Source: a virus
Taxonomy: Duplodnaviria > Caudoviricetes
Length of the DNA stretch: 24,947 nt
Direction: 5' to 3' (one strand)
IMG/VR virus record: IMGVR_UViG_3300046330_000375
Location: 1-24,947 of that record
The notes under the pieces were generated by a model. The model worked only from the letters and a program-made list of their open reading frames with translations, did no database searches and had not been told where the DNA came from. The position numbers were made by a program, and so were the translations under genes. The stretch's first letter is position 1. Each line of letters opens with the position of its first letter. This document shows, piece by piece, positions 8,155 to 16,900 of the stretch.

Positions 8155-9099
8155 ATGAACGAAGAACAAATCAAAGCCTTGCAAGCAGCTTTCGCACTTG
8201 CAGCAAAACAACTGGCACAAGCCACAGGGCTAACAGAAACGGAAGTTACTGCCATGCTCAATGAGAACAAAGAAACCGACTTGCAAGCAAAAGTTAATTC
8301 AAGACTTGCAACGCAGTTCAACGATGGAAAAGATACTGGACTAAAAGAGGGTTCGGCAAAAGTCAGAGGTCAGTTAGATGCTGCCTTGAAAAAGAAAAAC
8401 ATTACCGTAAACTTTGGCGAGTTTGGAGATGATTTTCTCGGTGGACTTGAAGCTGAATTTGCAAAACTCTTAAAAGTTGAGCCTAAGACTTCGGAAGAAG
8501 TTGCCAAGTTGAAATCACAGGTTGAAGAATTGAAAACAAACCTTGCCAATGCCGAAAACAAAGCTACGGTAGCTAAGACAGAAGCTGAAAAAGAGTTTGG
8601 TACTAAGTTGGATAAAAAGCTAAGACGTTTAGATGTTGAAAAACTATTGATTGCCCAGTTAGAAGAACACAAAGCGATTGTTCCTACTGATGCAGTTGTG
8701 GCTCAAAAGCGTTTAGATGCTTTTCTTCGTCAGTTAGACAATTACGATGATTTCGAGTATGATGAAGCATTGAAAGACTTCCGTCTTAAAAACGATAAAG
8801 GCGAGTTGTTTAGAGATACTTCTACTAATTTACCTTTGACATTGATAAAAAATGTAACCAAGGACTTAATTAGTACCTATTATGACATTTCAGAAGCTGA
8901 CCCAAAAGGTGGTGGAAGTATTGACCCAGCCAAAGGTGGTGGAGGTGGACAATTTAACTTTCAACACTTCAAAGGCACTCCGCCAAAAGATAAGACCGAG
9001 TACGTAAAACTATTAGGTAATGAAGATTTAGGCACAGATGCCTTGACAGAGGTAAAAACTTACTTTAACACGGTAGTTGCACCTCAACCAAGTAATTAA
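8155..9099 (+). CDS. Capsid scaffolding protein
   Basis: Coiled-coil, charged, Cys-free; C-terminal PKGGGS...KGGGGG linker; directly upstream of the probable capsid gene. Confidence 0.7.
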   Translation: MNEEQIKALQAAFALAAKQLAQATGLTETEVTAMLNENKETDLQAKVNSRLATQFNDGKDTGLKEGSAKVRGQLDAALKKKNITVNFGEFGDDFLGGLEAEFAKLLKVEPKTSEEVAKLKSQVEELKTNLANAENKATVAKTEAEKEFGTKLDKKLRRLDVEKLLIAQLEEHKAIVPTDAVVAQKRLDAFLRQLDNYDDFEYDEALKDFRLKNDKGELFRDTSTNLPLTLIKNVTKDLISTYYDISEADPKGGGSIDPAKGGGGGQFNFQHFKGTPPKDKTEYVKLLGNEDLGTDALTEVKTYFNTVVAPQPSN

Positions 9100-9103
9100 C
9101 TTT

Positions 9104-9134
9104 TCTTCGGGGTTTCGATTGCTCCGAAGATTTT
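9104..9134 (+). promoter_or_regulatory. Intergenic stem-loop upstream of the capsid gene (mRNA stabiliser/processing site or weak terminator)
   Basis: TCTTCGGGGT / GCTCCGAAGA 10-bp stem with two G-U pairs, 7-nt loop, followed by TTTT. Confidence 0.5.
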
Positions 9135-9163
9135 AACTTTTAATTTTAAAATTTACAAGAATC

Positions 9164-10342
9164 ATGTACGAGCAAATTGACGATGCCAAACTCCAAGAGT
9201 TAATTGTAGATGCCGAATCAGCATGGAAAAAAAGCCACGCAGTTCAAGATTTGAACAAAGTATATTCGGCAGGATTCCTTAGAGCATTAAGCGGTGTAAA
9301 AGCTGCTGAAATCACTAAGATGAAAGACCCAAATCGCACCCCTAAAATCAAAATGTGGTGGATTGAAGCGTGTGATGATGAAAACCATGTTGTAGTAACG
9401 AACAACGCTTGGGTACGAGGTATTCCTTGTTCTCATGGTGGTTTTGACATTTCGACCAACTCGGCAGAGTATGAGTTGAAAAAAGAGTTTAAGATTGAGT
9501 TTGTTGTGCCAACGACATTTCACGAATCTAAACTTACTCCCGAAATGGCTTTTGCTGCTGCTTACAACAAAGCTGTATTCCAACTGACAAGAGAAATTGA
9601 CACCTACATTGGTTCTAAATTGTTCCAATGGGCAGGTATCAATAAGCACCAATTTGGTATTGGTAAAGCGGCAGGTGTTGCTCCAAACGCATGGAACTTG
9701 ACCAAAGTACCATACTGGAATACTAACAGCACGGATTTTCCTGCTTACCTCGACCAGTTGGAAGATTACAACGGTTTTGCAGGTGGAATTATGATTGATG
9801 GCGGTATGCTTTCATTGAACACAAGAGAAGCACAAGGAGCAACCCTTGAAACCTACTCTTGGGGAGATAGAAGAGTTTACAAAGCCGTAAAATCTTTCAA
9901 TACACTTGGTATGCAACCAACAGCCAACGGCTTGTATCACGGTTTGTATGTTTCGCCCGGTTCGGTTTGTATTGTAAATGATTACAACAATAAATCAGAA
10001 TCGCCAGTAACCAAGAAAGGTTCGGGTTATGAGTTCATGCTTTCAAGTCGTAATTTGCCCGGCGGTTTCGTTGATGGCAATGGCGACCCAATCAAGATGG
10101 ACTTGAAAGTAGAGCGTATCATGTCGCCACTCGAAGCATCGAAGTACCAAGGCTACGATGTTACTGGAAAATGTCAAGAACACGACTATTTCAGATTGTC
10201 GGTTTTCTTAGATATATTCTTAAATCCGAGAGCTTGCGGTCAAGAAATGACAACAGGTATTATTCACGTAGTTGCAGACAAAGCAGTTGCTCCCGAAGCA
10301 TCGGCTGAACGTTGGAATAACACTTGGCAGGTTAATGCTTAA
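9164..10342 (+). CDS. Probable major capsid protein
   Basis: 392 aa, after the scaffold, long AT-rich leader, followed by a strong terminator; call is mainly positional. Confidence 0.7.
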   Translation: MYEQIDDAKLQELIVDAESAWKKSHAVQDLNKVYSAGFLRALSGVKAAEITKMKDPNRTPKIKMWWIEACDDENHVVVTNNAWVRGIPCSHGGFDISTNSAEYELKKEFKIEFVVPTTFHESKLTPEMAFAAAYNKAVFQLTREIDTYIGSKLFQWAGINKHQFGIGKAAGVAPNAWNLTKVPYWNTNSTDFPAYLDQLEDYNGFAGGIMIDGGMLSLNTREAQGATLETYSWGDRRVYKAVKSFNTLGMQPTANGLYHGLYVSPGSVCIVNDYNNKSESPVTKKGSGYEFMLSSRNLPGGFVDGNGDPIKMDLKVERIMSPLEASKYQGYDVTGKCQEHDYFRLSVFLDIFLNPRACGQEMTTGIIHVVADKAVAPEASAERWNNTWQVNA

Positions 10343-10378
10343 AGTTTTAGTGGTTAGGTTAAAATTGAATAGATGAAG

Positions 10379-10410
10379 CAAAAAGGTAAGACGTTTGTCT
10401 TGCCTTTTTT
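10379..10410 (+). terminator. Rho-independent terminator after the capsid gene
   Basis: CAAAAAGGTAAGAC-GTTT-GTCTTGCCTTTTTT. Confidence 0.85.
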
Positions 10411-10437
10411 GTTTTACCAAACTAATAAGTAACTTTG
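10408..10437 (+). promoter_or_regulatory. Bacteroidota primary-sigma promoter for the neck/tail operon
   Basis: TTTG (10408-10411), 18-nt spacer, TAACTTTG (10430-10437). Confidence 0.7.
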
Positions 10438-10452
10438 AAAAAAAATCATACG

Positions 10453-11589
10453 ATGGAAATAGAGAAAATACTCGGAGTAGATAAACCATTGATAGACTGC
10501 TTAAATTCTTTGGTTGGTATCAGTCGCTCAAATTGTAACCAGTGCTTACCATCTTACCCAGTCGATAAGGTTGCTGAAATTACTACCTCAACATTGGGTT
10601 TGTATGTTGATGAAGATGTTCAATTTAAGCCATGCCTTATGAATAACTTAGGTAATGACTGTAAAGCAGGTGGTGTGTGGGATAGATTTTTGTTAGCTAA
10701 ACAATCGGCTATTGTCGATGTGATTTCAGACATAAAAAGTCTATACAGCGTTTCGCTTAGAAATAAGATTGACCGACCTCTAAATATAGGTCTGACTGAT
10801 GTAAATTTAGGTATGCTAAGTTCATCATCAGCCAATGGTAAGAAAAGTTTTGAACTGCATTTAGGTAAATTAGGCGGTGGAATCATTCACTTTAAAACGA
10901 TGGCATTTCTTGGAAAACTTGTAAATCCAACAGAACCTTACAGCGTTCTTGTAGAGTTCAAGTATAAAGACGAGCAAGATTCTTTCTTTGAAGCGAATTT
11001 CCCAGTAGTAAATACTTTCATGTACGGTAGATGGAATGCTGATGCCACATTTAGAGGTTTACCCGAAGATGGTTTCAAAGTTGCTACCGATGGCAGAGTT
11101 ATTGAAGTTTACTACGAACTGGACACATCAAAGGTAATTCCTTATGACAATGTTTTACGTTGCAATGGTTGCCAAAATGCTTTGTCTGAACTCAAACCAT
11201 TCTTTGCAGGTAATGAACTCCCAAGCGGTACAGGTAATGGCATTTGTTTAGGCACTCAATTCTACTGTAATTCTGATTATATCGCTTGTGCATTGGCACA
11301 GTCGAATGATGCTGCTAAAAGGCTCATAGGTCAAATGATAGTAGCAAGAACTATTCAATACTTCATTCAGCGAGAGAAGAACAGAAACACGCAAGGAACA
11401 ACGATGGTAAACGTCTTAAAATCTCAATCAGATAGCACGTATTACGATGGTTTGATTAGTGGTTATTCAGCCGTTTACACAAATCGGTACAGTCAGTTTT
11501 CTAATGATTACGAACTAAAAAACCTTACCACTCCATGCTTTTCTTGTAGAAGCGGTACTGGTATTCAGATAAGAGGAATCTTACTTTAA
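10453..11589 (+). CDS. Cys-rich structural protein, probable head-tail adaptor
   Basis: Start re-called at ATG 10453, because TTG 10435 is in the -7 box; 12 Cys including CNQC, CNGC and CFSC; first gene after the capsid gene. Confidence 0.55.
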   Translation: MEIEKILGVDKPLIDCLNSLVGISRSNCNQCLPSYPVDKVAEITTSTLGLYVDEDVQFKPCLMNNLGNDCKAGGVWDRFLLAKQSAIVDVISDIKSLYSVSLRNKIDRPLNIGLTDVNLGMLSSSSANGKKSFELHLGKLGGGIIHFKTMAFLGKLVNPTEPYSVLVEFKYKDEQDSFFEANFPVVNTFMYGRWNADATFRGLPEDGFKVATDGRVIEVYYELDTSKVIPYDNVLRCNGCQNALSELKPFFAGNELPSGTGNGICLGTQFYCNSDYIACALAQSNDAAKRLIGQMIVARTIQYFIQREKNRNTQGTTMVNVLKSQSDSTYYDGLISGYSAVYTNRYSQFSNDYELKNLTTPCFSCRSGTGIQIRGILL

Positions 11590-11592
11590 AAA

Positions 11593-12135
11593 ATGACCGT
11601 AAAGGACTTAAAAAATAGAGTTGATACAGTTATCAACGGTTTAGAAGAAAAAGCCTTAGAAATAGCCGCTATAATGGCTATTTCGGGGCTTTCTGTTGTT
11701 AAGAATCGTTCGATAAATGATGGAATCTTTATTGATGGAGAAGATGGTAATTTTGGACAGTATAGTACAGTAGAATTACCCAGTTTCTTTTTTATTGGAA
11801 AAGAACTAAATAAGGCAGGTACTGACTATCTAAAATCACATCAAACCGTTACGTGGTCAGACTTTAAAGAAGCACAAGGCAGAGGTAGTGAGAACGTAAA
11901 TCTTTCTTACTCAAACCGTATGTGGACATCATTAGCGATTGTCAAACAAGGTGTTTTCGATGGCATTGCTAAAAGTGCTATTGGTACAACCGATGCAGAG
12001 GTAGAAAAATATTTACCCTACCTCGTAAAAAGATACGGCAACTTTATTACTCCAACTGATGCAGAAAAGGAAGAGTTGATAAAAGATGCTACCGAAGAGT
12101 TAATCAGACACATTAAATCTATCTTATTTCGATGA
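11593..12135 (+). CDS. Neck / virion morphogenesis protein (HK97 gp10 / Mu gpG-like)
   Basis: VNLSYSNRMWTSL resembles the L..TG.M..S motif; N- and C-terminal helices; position. Confidence 0.55.
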   Translation: MTVKDLKNRVDTVINGLEEKALEIAAIMAISGLSVVKNRSINDGIFIDGEDGNFGQYSTVELPSFFFIGKELNKAGTDYLKSHQTVTWSDFKEAQGRGSENVNLSYSNRMWTSLAIVKQGVFDGIAKSAIGTTDAEVEKYLPYLVKRYGNFITPTDAEKEELIKDATEELIRHIKSILFR

Positions 12136-12764
12136 TTAGAGATATAGCGAGAGTTTTCAGAAATAAACTCAACAATGATTTTTATTTACCCGATGGGCTT
12201 GGAGTTATCACACACTTAGCAGGATTGACAAGGGTAAAAGAAGTTTCAATCAGTCAAGGACAAATCAGAAAAGTACCTGTGCCAGTTGATTGTGATGAAG
12301 TAGAAGAAGAATTGTGTAACGACTGTGAGCCAATTTTCAAACTTGTACCCGACCAAACAAAACGGTGTATTGTCTATTTTGAGGGTACTGATGCAAAGTT
12401 AGTTCAGAGTATGCCCAACGTTTCAAAATATAGTTGTAATTTGGTGCTTATTTGTTGGTATAACTCACAAGGTTTTCAGCCAGTTGAAAATTTACACACT
12501 CGACTTTCGAGTTTGTTCATCAATAAGCTAAAAAGTATTCAGACACATAGCCAAGAGTTGAGCATTAAAGAGGTAGAGGTTATTAGTGTAAATGATAGTA
12601 ACGGCAACATCTTTTCAAAGTACACTTATTCAGATTTTAGAAGTGCCTATTTAGGCTGTCCATTTGGTTCGTTTTCAATTAACTTTAAAATAAATTTTTC
12701 ATCAAATGAAGTTCAAAGCTGTTTTTCGCCTATTGTTCCTGTCAATTTTGACGGGTGTTGTTGA
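12132..12764 (+). CDS. Cys-rich probable tail terminator/completion protein
   Basis: ATGA coupling; alpha/beta pattern; 10 Cys; position after the gp10-like gene. Confidence 0.45.
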   Translation: MIRDIARVFRNKLNNDFYLPDGLGVITHLAGLTRVKEVSISQGQIRKVPVPVDCDEVEEELCNDCEPIFKLVPDQTKRCIVYFEGTDAKLVQSMPNVSKYSCNLVLICWYNSQGFQPVENLHTRLSSLFINKLKSIQTHSQELSIKEVEVISVNDSNGNIFSKYTYSDFRSAYLGCPFGSFSINFKINFSSNEVQSCFSPIVPVNFDGCC

Positions 12765-13167
12765 TGGATTCTTTTTGATGTATGGCATCGACCGAGATAC
12801 GCCAAGCATCATTCAAGAATCTTTGTCAGTCGCTTGCGTTGGTTATGTATTTACGATTATTCTTATGGATTATGGAATGATTTTTCATTGGTATAAAAAT
12901 CTACTCTACCATCTATGCGAGTATTTAGGAGGTTGCAACAAATACGAGTTTTATCTCAAATGGATTGGTAAACCACTTGGATTATGTGAAACCTGTTTTA
13001 CTGGACAGTTAGCACTTTGGTATTACCTGCTTACTCGACACACTAACGTTTATACTTTCAACGACTTAATTAACTGGTTTCACAATTACAATTTTTTTGA
13101 GCATATCACGCTGATATGTCTTTCTATTTTATGGGTTAATCTTATCACAAACATTGAAGAAAAATGA
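12706..13167 (+). CDS. Small multi-pass membrane protein with CxxC (DUF1360-like motif)
   Basis: About 3-4 hydrophobic segments and KPLGLCETCFTGQLALW; start uncertain (12706 or 12778). Confidence 0.6.
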   Translation: MKFKAVFRLLFLSILTGVVDGFFLMYGIDRDTPSIIQESLSVACVGYVFTIILMDYGMIFHWYKNLLYHLCEYLGGCNKYEFYLKWIGKPLGLCETCFTGQLALWYYLLTRHTNVYTFNDLINWFHNYNFFEHITLICLSILWVNLITNIEEK

Positions 13168-13739
13168 AACAAACAAACAACATCAAATGTCAAGAAATAC
13201 CGTTAGATGCAACGGAATTCACGAGTGAAGAAACTGGAATAAAGTACATCATCGAAACCAACCTATCAGAGTTACCATACGAGAGAGCCAAGCATATTGA
13301 TAAGTACATGGCTTATTTTGTTTTCGGCACAACATGGGAGGTTATCGTTGAGCGATTAGTTAAGGCATTGGATTTGCTCGATGGAGAAACCAACAAAGAA
13401 AAGAATCAAGCAAGAACGCTAATCTCAAACTTGATTGATGGCATGACCAATGCAGATTTGAAATACGACCCTGCTTTTTGGATTTGCTCATTAGCGATGA
13501 ATCGCTCAACTGAATCTTTTCGGGGAGATTGGGATAAGAACATTGCAAAGGAAAAAATTGAAGATTGGTCGAAAAACTTCAAGCAAGGTTTTTTTTTACA
13601 CTTTGCAGCGAGTTGTGCGGTAACTTATCCGAACTTAAACAATATTACTTTCCTCGAATCTTTGATAGAGGGGAAAAGCACAAAAGAAGTCGCAGTAATG
13701 GCATCGAGAATGATGAACTTATTCTCACAAAATCAATAG
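13164..13739 (+). CDS. Tail assembly chaperone (lambda gpG-like)
   Basis: Upstream of the tape measure gene; contains a T9 slippery run leading into an overlapping -1 frame ORF. Confidence 0.65.
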   Translation: MKQTNNIKCQEIPLDATEFTSEETGIKYIIETNLSELPYERAKHIDKYMAYFVFGTTWEVIVERLVKALDLLDGETNKEKNQARTLISNLIDGMTNADLKYDPAFWICSLAMNRSTESFRGDWDKNIAKEKIEDWSKNFKQGFFLHFAASCAVTYPNLNNITFLESLIEGKSTKEVAVMASRMMNLFSQNQ

Positions 13740-13924
13740 AAGATGTTTTGTTAGAGCATGAAAAGCTACATTCAGACATTTGCTTTATACTTCAAGAAGT
13801 TGCACCCATAGGAGATTTATACAAATTATCTTGGGTGCAAGTTTTTAGTTTATACGAATCACAGTTAGAAAAAATCAAAAAGCAAGCAGAGATTGCTGAT
13901 AAAATGAAGTTCAGAAATGGATAA
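13589..13924 (+). CDS. -1 frameshift extension of the tail chaperone (gpGT-like C-terminus)
   Basis: GGT TTT TTT TTA at 13587-13598 gives in-frame heptamers T_TTT_TTT and T_TTT_TTA; the -1 frame is open to 13924 and fills the gap to the tape measure start. Confidence 0.6.
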   Translation, partial: FFFTLCSELCGNLSELKQYYFPRIFDRGEKHKRSRSNGIENDELILTKSIEDVLLEHEKLHSDICFILQEVAPIGDLYKLSWVQVFSLYESQLEKIKKQAEIADKMKFRNG

Positions 13925-16900
13925 TAATGTACTGATAGAATTTGGGGCGAAATTATCGAACCTTATTGCCGAACTAAAACAGGTTTCGGGGCTTTTGGAT
14001 AATGTCGATGAAAAAGAGGACAAACTCCAAAAGAAAGATACGTTTAAGGGTACTTCTGAAAGTGCTAAGGCTTATAATAGGGTTTTGCTCGATAATAGCA
14101 AAGTCTATCAGACGTTAGAAAATTCTGCCAAGTCTTATGAGAAAGAATTAGAGCGATTAAAAAAGATTCAATCAGACTTAATTAGACAAAAGGCACAATT
14201 CTCTAACAGTAAGGAATACGACCGCCTTACAGGGGATTTAACAGCCGTAAACGGACGTATTTCTGAAATATCATCAGCACTTCAAACATTCAATGGTGGG
14301 GTTAATAACTCCACCAGTTTGCTTTCAAGATTTGCAGGTTTCGCCAAAGGTGCTATTGGTGCAGTTGGTGCGTTGTTTATTGCTGATGCAGCCTTAGACA
14401 TAGAGGGTCAAATATTTGATGTAACTGCCAAATATGAAGCGTATCGTGCCACACTCCAAAACGCTACGCAAGATGAAATTGCTACTGCCGAAGCGATGGA
14501 AATGGTTGCCAATGTTGCCATCAAGTCGAACTTTACCGTCGATGAACTTACTGGAAGCTACATAAAATTAGTTAATCGGGGTATCATTCCTACACGAGAA
14601 GAACTGATAAAACAGGGAGATATAGCAGCATCACAGGGCAAAGGTTTTGACCAACTAACGGAAGCTATACTTGATGCCATGACCAATGAGTATGAACGGC
14701 TCAAAGAATTTGGTATTAAGGCTCGAACCATTGGCGATACGGTTTCTTTCACGTTCAAAGGAATTACCAAGGAAGTTAAGAAAATGGACGAAGAGGGCAT
14801 CAAGAACGCCATTCTTTCGTTTGGAGATTTGCAAGGTGTAGCAGGTGCAATGAGTGCAACCTCAACTACATTAAACGGTCAGTTATCGGCAATGTCTGAC
14901 AACTGGGAGCAAATACTTAAAAACTTAGGAGAGGGTCAAAGTGGTATTTTCCATGCAACGGTTACGTTTTTGGCTGATATGGTTGGTTGGCTCAAAGAAG
15001 CTACTTCGATACCATTTGACAAGAAACTCCGTGATGAAAAAATAGAGTTAAATTCTTTGGTAAACTCCATCATTGCAAGCAATGAAAATTCAGCCGTTAG
15101 GAGCAAGTTAATGACTGAATTAATCAATAAGTACCCAAGTATTCTACGGTACATTGATGCAGAAAGTGCAAGTAATGGACAGTTGCTAAATGCCTTGAAA
15201 TTGATAAACGCAGAGTATGAAAGAAAAATCAGATTAGCGGCTCGTAGCAAGTTAGCTGATAATGCTTTACAGAACGCTACCGATTCGCAGTTGAAAGTTG
15301 AAGAGGGTTTCAAGACTATCTTTGATGAAACTGGTGGAAAAGGAAGTAATAAGGCAGGGTTTGAGCGATTACTCAAACAACAGGGTCAGTCCTTAGATGG
15401 TTTCCTTACTGCTACTTCTAAAAAGCAGAGAGAAATATTATTAAAGGTTCAAGCCCAACTTGATAAAGACAACGGTATTTTCAGCAAGATAAATGCCACT
15501 CAATTTGGTAGAGCGTTCAAAGATTTGATTGAGGGATTAGATGAATCAGCCAAAGCACAAACCGAATACAATAAGGTGTTAGTTGATAATGAGAAAATCA
15601 ATGACAATTTCGCTAAACAAGATAAAGCGAGAATTGATGCTGAACAGGCTAAAATTGATTACCTCAAAAAGAACAAAGCCATCAACGGAGAACTCTATTC
15701 AGAGATTAGAAACAATCTTGAATTGCAGTCTAAACAACTGGCATCGGAGATTAGTCAAACCTCCGCCACAAAACAAAATGCCGAAGTTCTTAAACAGAAA
15801 AATGCTCAACTCCAACAGTATAATAAAGAGTTGAAAGAAATGGCTAAAAATTCTGATAGTGGTGTATTACCCGAAAGTGTGCGTAAGAGAGCCATCAACG
15901 ATATTGAAAAACCGTTGCAAGGCTACAAGAACAGTTTAGCAGGAGTTCCCGCAGTTCCCAAAGCAGACAAGCCAAACATTGCTACCACTCCAAACGCAGG
16001 TGCAAGTAATGCAGAAAAAGAGTTGCAGAGAGAACAGCAGCGTTTGCTAAAACTGCAAGAAGATTATAAAGAAAAGTTAGCAAGTTTGGAACTTGATTCT
16101 GAAAATGTACGCTTATCGTTACTGGACAAAAAGAGCCAAGAGTATATCGACAAAAAGAAAGAATACGACTTAAAACTGGTTGATGCAGAGCGTGAAAAGT
16201 TCAAAGAGTTGTATAATATTCAAGCAGGTCAAGTATTACAGAACGGCAAAGATGATAAAGGCAATCCCGAATTTAAGTTGTTTACTCGTAAAGAAGTATT
16301 AGTGAAATCGGGTAAATCAGAACTCGAAGCTGAACTGGAATTAGAAAAAGAGTTTGCTGAAAAAAGCGTTGAAGTTACTGAATTGCTCAACTTGAAAAAA
16401 GATGTAATAAGAAAAGGAGCAGATAAAGAAACTATCAACTTACAGCGAGAAACTGCTAAAATTCTGCTAAACCTGCAAGGTGAAAGCCTTAGCAAAGAGT
16501 TAGCACAACTTGAACAAAAGTATGCAGAATTGTACGAAGCCAATAAGTCCAACGGTGCAGTTTCGCAAGCATACTTTGAACAGTATCTAATCGACCGAGA
16601 AGGCTTGCGTAAAAAGTATGCAGACAACGAAATCGAAACTGAAAGAAAGCTGGCAGAGGATTCAGTTGATTTGCTCAAAAAAGACAAAGGAGAACGCCAA
16701 GAAGATTTTGAGAAAAGAGTAGCGAAAGCAAGGTTAGATGTCAAAATTGAGTTTGCACAAAAAGCCATCGAATCCGAAATTGCTTATCAGACTGCAATGC
16801 TTGAACTGGCTCGTATTGGTGGTCGAGAACTTACTGATGAAGAAAAGAAGAATTTCGATAATAGATTACAGTTGTTGAAAAATGCAAGTGCCAAAGCAAA

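Noticed and set aside
12706-13167. Calling the membrane protein a holin
   Set aside because: No adjacent endolysin or spanin in the window and the CxxC motif is atypical; not excluded but unsupported
13668-13678. GGGGAAAAG resembling the lambda G/GT slippery site
   Set aside because: Zero-frame phasing is GAG GGG AAA, which is not X_XXY_YYZ; the T9 run is the better candidate
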